Shown here one piece after another: positions 1 to 9,322 of a stretch of 64,000 bases of DNA. This DNA is from a virus. The notes under the pieces are model-generated. The model made no database searches. It was not told the origin of the DNA and worked only from the letters and a program-made list of their open reading frames with translations. Both the position numbers and the translations under genes were made by a program. The stretch is taken from positions 1 through 64,000 of IMG/VR virus record IMGVR_UViG_3300049215_000686; one strand, written 5' to 3'. The number at the start of each line of letters is the position of its first letter. The stretch's first letter is position 1.

Positions 1-58
1 GCGCGAGCAGAAGCTGGAGATGATCACGCAACTGGAGCTTGCGCTCGAAGCGGCGTGA
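1..58 (+). CDS. 3' end of a GC-rich gene (..REQKLEMITQLELALEAA*), possibly a transposase or host gene
   Basis: Open frame ending TGA at 56-58; more GC-rich than the phage; followed by an inverted repeat at 167-180/202-215. Confidence 0.35.
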   Translation, partial: REQKLEMITQLELALEAA

Positions 59-394
59 AGGTAATCATGCAGCGCTCATCCTGGAAGCTCTCCAGAGAAT
101 TTCCACCAAGCGCGGGACGCGGCCGGAAATGTCGAAGCTTGATTTTCGATCGTAACTGCTTGAATCGATTCACCCCGAGTTTCGCTATCTTGCTTACTTT
201 TACTCGGAGTGAATCAGAAAAAATTGGCTGGTTTGATTGAGACTGAACGAAATCCGCTACTTACCGCCGATTTTGTCCTATTTTAGGACAAGCATCTGCG
301 TCATGCAATGCCTACTTGTCCTACTTCTGCCCTCTAATTTCCGTTCAAAAAAACACCTTCGAAAATAAACAATCCTAGTAAGTCATAATTGAAA

Positions 395-784
395 TTAGAT
401 AGAGCTTAAAAAAGCAATTAATTCTTCCTTTGTTGCTTTCCATGGAATCTCTGCAGACCCGACCTTAGATGATTGCCGCATTGCAAGTACCAACATATGC
501 GGTTCTTTAGGGGCAATGATGCCCGCTCTTCCTCGGTGCGTAGAGTTAATGTGTTGAACCGTACTGAGGACTTCCGAAACACCACGCGTATCCCAATAAG
601 TTAAATCAGTGAGATCAAAAATAACCACCTGTGTACGCGCAATGGCGGCAGCATTGTTTATTTGAGTCCTCCACTCTGAACTTGATTCTAGCTGTGTACC
701 CTTGCGTAATTCTCCAGACACCTTAATAATATGAAGAAGATGATCTACGTTTTGGAAGACCTGTAAGGAAAATACTTGTTCCAT
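395..784 (-). CDS. STAS-domain protein (anti-sigma factor antagonist-like)
   Basis: VVIFDLTDLTYWDTRG matches the STAS vvlDls.v.fiDSsG motif. Confidence 0.7.
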   Translation of the reverse strand: MEQVFSLQVFQNVDHLLHIIKVSGELRKGTQLESSSEWRTQINNAAAIARTQVVIFDLTDLTYWDTRGVSEVLSTVQHINSTHRGRAGIIAPKEPHMLVLAMRQSSKVGSAEIPWKATKEELIAFLSSI

Positions 785-791
785 AATTATC

Positions 792-1094
792 TCAGTCTTT
801 CTTAAGCCTAAATTTAATACTAATTCTCAATTTTTCCATCTCACCTGCGATCTTCCCCCCTCGGCAATAGTCGGTCGTATCTACCGCTAGCCCAAAAAGC
901 CTACCAAAAAAGACCTCAGCGCCATAGCCATCGAGATTGATTTGCTCACTCGATCGTACACTCATCTTTCGGTCATGAACCTTGTTCTTCCTGTTTTGCT
1001 GATCGCGACGCTTTACCACGTCTCGAATAAGGTCTTTTTCTTCTTTTGTCAAAATCCCGCGTATCCCAATCCTTGGGGAATAAATTTCGTCCAT
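792..1094 (-). CDS. Phage hypothetical protein, C-terminus possibly truncated or replaced
   Basis: 100-aa ORF; TATTAT -10 box 7 nt before ATG; sequence character changes near 860. Confidence 0.45.
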   Translation of the reverse strand: MDEIYSPRIGIRGILTKEEKDLIRDVVKRRDQQNRKNKVHDRKMSVRSSEQINLDGYGAEVFFGRLFGLAVDTTDYCRGGKIAGEMEKLRISIKFRLKKD

Positions 1095-1261
1095 GTATTA
1101 AATAATACAAAACGCTCTGCGTCACTTAATCGGTCGGATATAGACGATTCGCTTGGCGGTTGAAATCAAGACTAGCGTTCTTTGAGGGCGCTCACTCGCG
1201 CGCAAAGGACGAATTACCCATCGAAGGGGAAACAATGTGATAATTTGTGCAATCATGAAAA

Positions 1262-2926
1262 TTAAGAACCGCAACTACCGCCTTTTGTGATGTCGCAAAT
1301 ATCGGCGCCTTCGATGAAGATTTGTCCAACGTGTTGAATCGCGGTTGAATATTTTACTGCCGTCAATGGTTGTCCGCCACGGCAGCCATCAGGATAACAA
1401 GTCAGTCCTCGTAACTTAGGGAGATAAGGGATCAACATCCTCCCAAAAGATTGAACAGTGGCTTCGTTATTAGAAGAACTTCCCCAGCGCGGCAGATTAA
1501 TGGTCGAACTGATCCCGTGATCAACATATTGCTGTAACCATGCCTGAAATGCGATCCTTCGCTCGATGTCTTCAGATAAAGAATAAGCATCCTCGATGAG
1601 ATCAGGAGAAACTCCGCTATCGATCAATCTTTTTGCGGTAGGATCAATAACGTATTGATAATTAACAACATTCCCCTTGAGGTATCTTCTCTTAAAAGCA
1701 ACACAAAAAATGGGTTCAATTCCTGTTGTCGTCTCAGCAATAATCCCAATCGTTCCGGTCGGAGCAATCGCTCGGGTTTTTACGGGAGGACTGAGTTCCC
1801 ATTCTTTAGCCCACCTTGAAGCAACCTCAGTGCTGGTTGCATAAATCTTCAAATATTCTTCGAGTTCTTGATCTATTCCGTATGGCTTATTTCTTTTTAA
1901 AAGCCATTCATGAAGACCCATGAGACCGAGCCCTAATCTTCGATTCTTTCTTCGGATTCGATCCACCAAAGCATAGGGAACATCGCTATAAACGGTTCCC
2001 GCCAATAAAAATGGAATAGCAAGGCCCACGATTCGGGTCATCTCTTCTGGCGAGTTAATTTGTGCCATATTGATCGATCCCAAATTACAAATATCGGAAT
2101 CATCAAAAGAAGAAACCTCTGTACAAGCGTTTCTCAAATTTTCGCCCTTATTCGCTCCAACATCGATACTAAAGCCGGGCTCAGCCGTTTCTAGCATTTG
2201 CCGGATAGTTGCCCAATAAACGCTTTGAGCAAGTGCATGGTTTTGGCTTTTTTCATCATGAAATGCTGAAAAAAAGTCATCATCTAAAATCACGCTGATA
2301 TTCGTCCCATCCATCATTGCCGGAAAGTTATAATCTTGCTCTTTAAGGCGCCGGACATCCTCATTCCAGTTTTTCATCACGATGAATTTATGAATATCGG
2401 GATGGCTCCAATGCAAACCTGCCCAAATAGCCGATCGCCGGCTGCCCCCTTGCATAATTCCGCGCCCCACTTCATTGATCATCTGCATCAAAGCGATCGG
2501 GCCGGTCGCATGCCCGCCTGTCTTCCGGATACTTTTCCCCTCGGCACGGATATCCGAATAGACAATTCCAATTCCCGCACCCGTCATTAAGGCCATCGAA
2601 GCCTTTTGAAGAAGTTCTGACCATCCTTCACGAGAGTCTTCGGCACGCATGAGAAGGCAATTTTGGACCTGATGGAAGGGTCTTCCGGACGCGTAAAGAT
2701 AGCGTCCGCCTGGAATGAATTTTCGATCCGCAATCGCTTGAGAAATTTCCTTACAAAGGGGGCTCGACATCGATAATCCGACCGATTTCATGACATGCTT
2801 TGTCACGCGATAAGAGATATCTTCCCAGGTCTCTTTGGTCCCATCTTTTTTGATATGAGCATATTTCTGTTCCAAAATAGTCTTGGCAAAAATGCTCATT
2901 TCCTGCGATTGGGTGAGTGATTCCAC
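1262..2926 (-). CDS. nrdJ: Class II (adenosylcobalamin-dependent) ribonucleotide reductase
   Basis: PGGR, NC, NACTE active-site motif, CNLGSIN, IAPTGTIG, C-terminal C-x7-C pair; no NrdB in the window. Confidence 0.88.
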   Translation of the reverse strand: MESLTQSQEMSIFAKTILEQKYAHIKKDGTKETWEDISYRVTKHVMKSVGLSMSSPLCKEISQAIADRKFIPGGRYLYASGRPFHQVQNCLLMRAEDSREGWSELLQKASMALMTGAGIGIVYSDIRAEGKSIRKTGGHATGPIALMQMINEVGRGIMQGGSRRSAIWAGLHWSHPDIHKFIVMKNWNEDVRRLKEQDYNFPAMMDGTNISVILDDDFFSAFHDEKSQNHALAQSVYWATIRQMLETAEPGFSIDVGANKGENLRNACTEVSSFDDSDICNLGSINMAQINSPEEMTRIVGLAIPFLLAGTVYSDVPYALVDRIRRKNRRLGLGLMGLHEWLLKRNKPYGIDQELEEYLKIYATSTEVASRWAKEWELSPPVKTRAIAPTGTIGIIAETTTGIEPIFCVAFKRRYLKGNVVNYQYVIDPTAKRLIDSGVSPDLIEDAYSLSEDIERRIAFQAWLQQYVDHGISSTINLPRWGSSSNNEATVQSFGRMLIPYLPKLRGLTCYPDGCRGGQPLTAVKYSTAIQHVGQIFIEGADICDITKGGSCGS

Positions 2927-3060
2927 GCTGCCTTCTCCTGTTTATGAATTATACGTTTTCAGATTTTTCCGACCGAATGGACGTAAATCTGATTTTACGA
3001 CTGAGAAGGAAGGCGGGGAAGAAATATATTTTTGATGGCTAAAGAAAAACTCTGCAAAAA

Positions 3061-3380
3061 TTAAACTCGAATATTGACTCGACCCAGAGTGCCTTCGGAG
3101 ATACGAGTCCAGATATCAAGATCGTCGATTGTAATATCGGACTGAAAAGAACCCTTTTCTTCAACGCGGATACCCAAATTCCTAATCGATGACAAACGCT
3201 TCTAGCATAATTTACGGACTCTTCATGTGGACCGCCGCCGTTTGACCAAACGACAACGTCACAACCAAATTTCTTGAAAAGATTTAGAAATTCAATGACT
3301 TCTTTGCGGCCTTCGCCGTCACGATCTAAGAGAGTATCATCTACATCAAAAGCGACAACTGGACGCAGGTAGTCGGTCAT
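3061..3380 (-). pseudogene. Small HAD-fold protein, frameshifted near 3175
   Basis: VAFDVDDTL motif I; the alternate frame gives EKGSFQSDITIDD..LGRVNIRV*, matching the adjacent paralogue. Confidence 0.7.
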
Positions 3381-3427
3381 TTATAAAAAATACATGATCC
3401 TTTGAACTGTTGCAAATTTTGCCAGAG

Positions 3428-3700
3428 TTAAGCCGGGATATTTACGCGACCGAGGTGACGCTCTTCGTCATCAATAGCGATATCCGGGGTAAAAGATCCT
3501 TTTTCAACCACTTCCGCCCGAAGCCCCAGTCGATCCCGGCACTCTTTAGCGTGCTCAATCCCACCATGTGACCAAATATACATCCGACAACCGCGCTTCT
3601 GAAACGCATGAAAAAGCGCGATGATTTCGTAACGAGGCTTTTTCGTGAAGAAATCAATTAAAGTGCCGTCACAATCTGATGCGACCGTAATCTGGTTCAT
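3428..3700 (-). CDS. Small HAD-superfamily protein
   Basis: VASDCDGTL, IWS, IAIDDE motifs. Confidence 0.7.
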   Translation of the reverse strand: MNQITVASDCDGTLIDFFTKKPRYEIIALFHAFQKRGCRMYIWSHGGIEHAKECRDRLGLRAEVVEKGSFTPDIAIDDEERHLGRVNIPA

Positions 3701-6324
3701 TCTTTGCCAATCTCAAAGGTAACTGGGATTTGCCCCGTGCCCGCCGCGCCTTGGGCGTTAATGTTCACTTGAACCACATTCCCGTTAATTTGCAGAGAAA
3801 CATCGGCTCCAACAAAACGAGAATCATTTGTAATACTCGCCCGAAGCATACTTTCGGCTTCAACAGAGTTAATGTCACTATTTCTCGATCCTACCGGAAC
3901 AGGAAGTCCATAACTAGGATGTCGATCGAGTTCTCCTCGCTCGACTTCCAAAGCAAGCCTCAATGCCTGAACCGCATTATTATAACCAAATGAACGCTGA
4001 ACATCGCCCACAGCAGAAACGGAAATATCCTGCGCATTAATCTCGTCTAAGGCGATATCAACCTTAAATATCTGTTCTGCATGAGAGAGACGATTAAAAA
4101 GGGAAGTCGGACGAATCGCCGCAAAATCATTAGGAATTGCGCCGCTTGGTATAAGGATCATGTCTCCTGGTCCAACTGTACCTGGCAAATGAGCAAACAG
4201 AGTCGGATTTCCAGAGGGGATATACATCGCAAGATTCGCAACCCCGTCTACCGTTACTTTCCATTCTCTTCCGCCGATATCTTCAATATTCAAAATCTGT
4301 CTTCGCGTTGAAGCCGCAGATCCACCTTTCAGGGTGATCTGTTGGCCAATTGCAAGTTTTGAAATATCGGTAACAATAAAAGTTCTACCGTTTGCACCCA
4401 AAATCGACTGAGTAAATCCAGTTTCATCAATATAGGGGGACCGCAAATTGTTCAAAATAATCAATTCACGAGAGCGTTTTGCGTTACCCAAATACTTTTG
4501 AGCCAACGTATCAAGCGTCACTCCTCGCTGATAAGGAATCGCAATCGAACTGTTGGGCGTTTGAAGTCGGTCGGTATCCGGAAGATGGGTGTTTGCAGAC
4601 AAAAATGGATCAGGATCTCGTTCTAAGAAGAATTGCCCGGTTGCTAAAGTGCTCAAGAACGCTTGTTTACTTTCTTGAAGAGCAACAGCAATAATAATGT
4701 CGTCTTCATTCGGCAAACGATTTACCGAAACAATCGGATTGGGCACATGATAAGTGGAAGAATAAACAGGATCCATGGCGCCAATGGAAGAAACATAGTT
4801 GTCGGATATTTGCTGAAGACTCGAAGCCAATGCCTGGATTTGCCCGGAAGTAAGTTGCTGAGATTGAGATCTAAAATCATCAATACCTTGGCTGACCACG
4901 TCGGGGATATCAAGTTGATCGATCGTTTTGTCTAAGAAAGTATCCGTAGAAAGAGCCTTAATCACCAGAGTATCGGCCTCGGGAGAGATATTCTTCTTTT
5001 CTGGATCGCTTTTGTCTTCCCCAGCAGGAGTAAGTTGCGAAGAGGCTTTGGTCGCATCAAAACCTACTGACCGAAGGACCAATGAATTAGCCGCTGAAAG
5101 GCTGATACTTTTAGGGATTACGGTCGCGTCCGCCAATGAGACTTGCGGCGTATGTGGATTTCTTTCAGAGGGATCGTTTAACGCGTCAACGATAGATTGT
5201 CGATTCCGGTCAGAGTTCAAAAGAAGGGATTGGCGATTGGCAACAAAAATATCGCCAAAAGTGCGAACATCAGAAATCAGTCCGCCGATGTCCTGGTAAA
5301 CCAAAAGCGCTTGGTTATAAATATTAAAAACCGAGTTAATGTCCGAATGAACTCCCGAAAGGACGTTCCTCGCCGCCTGAATCGTCTTTCTCGAACTGGT
5401 TAAAACATCGGTAACGGATTTAATAATGCTTTGAGAATCAGGAGACGGGATATCTGCATCCACTTCTTCTTGAAGAGGAATCGCACTTACCACATCCCAA
5501 GACTTAAGGATGATCTGGTAACGATAAAGAAGAGGATTCGAAACATCTCTTCTCATTTCGAAACTAACTGGCGTCACCACATATCCGATATTATCTTTGC
5601 CGGAACCAAAGACCAATCTCAGTTTAGTGCCGTCAAATCCTTTTTTGAAAAGTTTTTTGCCTTCTGCATACGCGATTAAGAAATTATTAAGTTGCCAAAA
5701 CTGGTAATAGCCGGTCTGGGTTAAGTCATAATTGAGATCATTAAGATCATTGTCTTGACCTCCAATAACGGCTTTAGCGATAGATTTAGGCGCCTGAAGA
5801 AGTCCGACCACAGCGCTTGATGCGGCAGGCAGCAGTTGTTGAGCCACCTTAAGGGCAAGCGACGGCTTTCTGTTGCGGTTCGCCTTTTGGGGCAAAAATC
5901 CGGTGGTTCCTGAAATTTGGATCATCCGAAAGATCATTCCATTATGCTCTTCCAGAATTCCTTTATTTGTCGCTGAAACGTTAATTGCAAATTGATTTGA
6001 AACGCTGATCTGAGCGGGTGAGATGTTAAACGTCACAATATTGGCATTTAATCCAATTTGGGAAAGGATCGACTGATCCACTCGCTGACTGGTAACTACT
6101 CCCTGGTCGTTCGCCATACAAACGGCAAAATAGTACGGAAGATGCTTATTGAAATTTTCGTTAACGGTATTTTGGATCTTGCGTGCGAGTTCCGGACTTA
6201 AATTCCGATCAATGATCGGAACCGCGTTCTCGTTAGGATTAAGATTTTGCGTACCCGGAATCTGAAGCCCAAGTGTTTTGCTGAGATCAAAACTTCCGAG
6301 ATCTGGAGGTGAAGGAAGACCCAT
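3697..6324 (-). CDS. Baseplate protein with LysM-like and C-terminal gp25-like wedge domains
   Basis: GVTLDTLAQKYLG..LIILNNL (LysM-like); ALRLALEVERGELDRHPSYG (gp25-like); position in the tail cluster. Confidence 0.7.
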   Translation of the reverse strand: MGLPSPPDLGSFDLSKTLGLQIPGTQNLNPNENAVPIIDRNLSPELARKIQNTVNENFNKHLPYYFAVCMANDQGVVTSQRVDQSILSQIGLNANIVTFNISPAQISVSNQFAINVSATNKGILEEHNGMIFRMIQISGTTGFLPQKANRNRKPSLALKVAQQLLPAASSAVVGLLQAPKSIAKAVIGGQDNDLNDLNYDLTQTGYYQFWQLNNFLIAYAEGKKLFKKGFDGTKLRLVFGSGKDNIGYVVTPVSFEMRRDVSNPLLYRYQIILKSWDVVSAIPLQEEVDADIPSPDSQSIIKSVTDVLTSSRKTIQAARNVLSGVHSDINSVFNIYNQALLVYQDIGGLISDVRTFGDIFVANRQSLLLNSDRNRQSIVDALNDPSERNPHTPQVSLADATVIPKSISLSAANSLVLRSVGFDATKASSQLTPAGEDKSDPEKKNISPEADTLVIKALSTDTFLDKTIDQLDIPDVVSQGIDDFRSQSQQLTSGQIQALASSLQQISDNYVSSIGAMDPVYSSTYHVPNPIVSVNRLPNEDDIIIAVALQESKQAFLSTLATGQFFLERDPDPFLSANTHLPDTDRLQTPNSSIAIPYQRGVTLDTLAQKYLGNAKRSRELIILNNLRSPYIDETGFTQSILGANGRTFIVTDISKLAIGQQITLKGGSAASTRRQILNIEDIGGREWKVTVDGVANLAMYIPSGNPTLFAHLPGTVGPGDMILIPSGAIPNDFAAIRPTSLFNRLSHAEQIFKVDIALDEINAQDISVSAVGDVQRSFGYNNAVQALRLALEVERGELDRHPSYGLPVPVGSRNSDINSVEAESMLRASITNDSRFVGADVSLQINGNVVQVNINAQGAAGTGQIPVTFEIGKE

Positions 6325-6327
6325 AAA

Positions 6328-6585
6328 TTATTGAACTTCTCCGATGCCTGGCTCAATTGTTGCGCCATCACCCGTTGTCGTATTAACGTGAACCTTAACT
6401 CCTGCTGGAACAAAAACTCTAGCATTCTGGATAATATGAAAAATCACTTGTTCTGAAATGGCCTGACAAATTTCTTGAAGAAAGTCGTCGCGGATAATGT
6501 CATGACCGAGTTTTGCCCTTAAGCGCTCAATAATGTCTGATTTTAGTTTGAACGCGAGATTTACGTCCGTCCCCTGAAGAGGCAT
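6328..6585 (-). CDS. Small baseplate-region protein
   Basis: Coupled to the spike and baseplate genes. Confidence 0.5.
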   Translation of the reverse strand: MPLQGTDVNLAFKLKSDIIERLRAKLGHDIIRDDFLQEICQAISEQVIFHIIQNARVFVPAGVKVHVNTTTGDGATIEPGIGEVQ

Positions 6586-7667
6586 TAATTGTCTCCAATA
6601 ATCAACTTCGATTGAATCTTACGATCATCAATCGGACTTTGTTTGAGTCTTTTAAATTCTTGTTCGTTAAAGGGAGGAAGAGTTTGGAAGCCCGTTGCAT
6701 CAATGTGCGTATGGAGAATAATGGCCTGAAGAACCTGAGACATAAATTGAACAAAATTCTCTCCCAGCACAAATGGCTCGGCTGGCTTGGCCCCTTCTCC
6801 ACGCTGTAATTTAATCATGGTATCGCTAGAAACCGTAATATCGTTTTTAGCAATCACTTTAGCCTGATGACCGACATCGACTCTGGCGTCTTGCCTAACG
6901 TTTGCCGTTAGAAAATCAGAAGTGGTCGTGATTTTTGAGCCATTTTGCTCCATTTTTATTTCAGTTGTGCCATTTACAACATCAACCACACCATTCACCC
7001 GGTCTACATTCACCGATTGATTGTTATTGGTGGTTAATGCGACATTGCCTTTGGCATCAATTTCAAGACTTGTTGGCCCGTCTTTTCCGATGATCTCTCC
7101 TTGATCATTTCTCGGACCATTAAAAGTTATCTTGAAACTCCCATCATTCCGGATCTCCCATTGAAACCCCTGGAATTCGCCCGTTACGGTGGTCCCCTGG
7201 GATTTCTTAGGTCTTTTCTTAACGGCAACCGGGCCTGGATGAGGAAGTGCTCCTAGGATTACACCGCTTTGCTTGTGCCCATTTAGGAACGCAATAAGAA
7301 CATGGCTTCCTGGCTTTGAAGAAGAACTTATTTTTCCATTTTGCGCCTGAGGCCCAGGATTAACAGGCAATACCTCCATGAAATTATTGAATCCGCCACC
7401 AAATCCAGGTTCAAGCATCGTGCAACGCCTTACCAATTCTGTCGTGCCATCCGGATGATAAACGATCACATCATAGAGAGTTTGAACTCCTCCAGATCCT
7501 CCCGGCAAATTATTGGCATCATCGACCGCATAGATTTGGACAATCTGACCTGGCATCAAATTAAATGCCGAATATCGTGCCAGAGATGCATCTCCGTATC
7601 TTCTGGATGAAGACAAATTGCTTGAAATCACGTCTCCATAAGGAGTAATTTTAGGCCCTTCATTCAT
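6585..7667 (-). CDS. Baseplate spike (gp5/GpV-like)
   Basis: OB-fold-like PGSHVLIAFLNG..GVILG, beta-helix-like repeats, C-terminal HTH metal motif; start at MNEGP (7667) or 7691. Confidence 0.7.
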   Translation of the reverse strand: MNEGPKITPYGDVISSNLSSSRRYGDASLARYSAFNLMPGQIVQIYAVDDANNLPGGSGGVQTLYDVIVYHPDGTTELVRRCTMLEPGFGGGFNNFMEVLPVNPGPQAQNGKISSSSKPGSHVLIAFLNGHKQSGVILGALPHPGPVAVKKRPKKSQGTTVTGEFQGFQWEIRNDGSFKITFNGPRNDQGEIIGKDGPTSLEIDAKGNVALTTNNNQSVNVDRVNGVVDVVNGTTEIKMEQNGSKITTTSDFLTANVRQDARVDVGHQAKVIAKNDITVSSDTMIKLQRGEGAKPAEPFVLGENFVQFMSQVLQAIILHTHIDATGFQTLPPFNEQEFKRLKQSPIDDRKIQSKLIIGDN

Positions 7668-9319
7668 GTTGTGCTCACTCCACGATCCCATGGACCCAAT
7701 ACCGCAGATCGATCTCCTGATTCGACCGTATCTACGGGAGTTCCGTCCGCTTTGTTCTGTAACCTTGAAAATGTGATGGTTGTTCTAAACGATTTCGTTC
7801 CATCGCTTCGGACCTCAAAAGCATGATCCACTTTTTCAACATGAGCAACCCAAGTTCGTTCTAAAAACTCAATATTAGTTCCAACCGGGATAAATTCCTT
7901 CGTACCGGCAATAACGACCTGACCGCTTTCAAAAAGATACGCGCCCTCATAGATATCTTTAACGACTTGATTAATCAGTCCCACCGAGCGTTTTTCAGCA
8001 AACATGTAATCAGAATATCCAAAAAAAGGGCGCAACCCGTAACGGGCGATCGAGTGTTTGTCTCCAATCGCATCAAAGCCTTTTCCCGAAAGGATATTGG
8101 CCAAAAATGCGGCTTCATCTTTTTGCTGGTTGTTTTGACCCGTCAAATTGGGTGGAACAAAAAAGAAATTGAATCGTTCAACATCTGCTTTTCCGGTATT
8201 GATAGAAAATATTTCATCTTCAGCGATCGACCTTGAAATATAAAAATGAGAGGACCTCCCTGGCGGGACAAAGGACTTCCCACTACTCGAAGCAAGCCCC
8301 GCGCGCCTTGTAGGAACAATCGGGCCTTGAGCGTCTTGCATACTGATCAAAGAAGAATGCCCGATTGTTTCTTTCCCAGACTGACTGCTAAACGGTATTG
8401 CTCTAAGGACCAGGGCCGGGGAAAGCCTAATTGTGTTGTTGATATTAACGGGTAAAAGATCTGTAAAAATTTCATTAACGATTGTATGTGCGTAACTTTG
8501 AATGAGGCTCCACGGAGTAATCATCTGTCCGAAATCCGATTGAAGAGCGATCTTTCCAATTAAATCTGTTTGTAAAAAGAAAGTTACGATTCGGGTAAAA
8601 AATGTTTCTCTTTCCACTAATTTATCAAAGCCTAATATTTTTTTGGCTAAAGCCTGAGGGACTAAGTAAGGTTGCCCACCGCGCGAGAAGAAGGCAAGCG
8701 GGCTGGTACTCGTAGTACTTTTATCTACTGAGAATCCGGGTCTTCCCAAAAGAGCATCAACAAGGGCTTTTACCATATCTGCGGGTGAAAGAGGATTTCC
8801 AAAAGCCTCTTGCAGAACAAGTTTTGCGTTGGCAATCGCAACATCTTTCCCTGCAATCACCTCAGAAAGATTGATATTAAGATAAATCGGAGTATTAAAA
8901 ACAGAATGAAAATCTTCTCCAGCAACAACAAATCTTACACGTCTAGTTCCGGCTGAAGGATCAATATCCTCGATTCTTCGTATGGATTTTACAATACCGA
9001 TCATCTTAATGCCGCTATCGATCTCGCTGGTTTCCTTACCGCTTAAGCCTTCATTGCTAAGATAAATGATGCACCAACATCCAGGCTCAAGAATGCTTTT
9101 CCAATTTACACGGCTAGAAAGAGTGCAGTTCCAAGTCCCAACCCCTGACTTTGGCTTTGAGATCTGAAGATTAAGGATGTCTTGTTGTGCTGAAACTTCT
9201 GTGACATCCATCCGTTGATTAACCGGAACCGATCCATCAACAAACACCGACGTATCTTCCCGCACGAATGGGTAAAAAACGATATTTGCATCTGGAGTGG
9301 TCGATCGGATCTTAAGCAT
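7664..9319 (-). CDS. Baseplate hub protein
   Basis: Follows the tape measure gene; RYGLR and HVEKVDHAF..FRTTITFSR are typical of hub C-termini. Confidence 0.65.
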   Translation of the reverse strand: MLKIRSTTPDANIVFYPFVREDTSVFVDGSVPVNQRMDVTEVSAQQDILNLQISKPKSGVGTWNCTLSSRVNWKSILEPGCWCIIYLSNEGLSGKETSEIDSGIKMIGIVKSIRRIEDIDPSAGTRRVRFVVAGEDFHSVFNTPIYLNINLSEVIAGKDVAIANAKLVLQEAFGNPLSPADMVKALVDALLGRPGFSVDKSTTSTSPLAFFSRGGQPYLVPQALAKKILGFDKLVERETFFTRIVTFFLQTDLIGKIALQSDFGQMITPWSLIQSYAHTIVNEIFTDLLPVNINNTIRLSPALVLRAIPFSSQSGKETIGHSSLISMQDAQGPIVPTRRAGLASSSGKSFVPPGRSSHFYISRSIAEDEIFSINTGKADVERFNFFFVPPNLTGQNNQQKDEAAFLANILSGKGFDAIGDKHSIARYGLRPFFGYSDYMFAEKRSVGLINQVVKDIYEGAYLFESGQVVIAGTKEFIPVGTNIEFLERTWVAHVEKVDHAFEVRSDGTKSFRTTITFSRLQNKADGTPVDTVESGDRSAVLGPWDRGVSTT

Positions 9320-9322
9320 CGA

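Noticed and set aside
2927-3040. Cobalamin riboswitch upstream of nrdJ
   Set aside because: The gap is short and has no B12-box consensus
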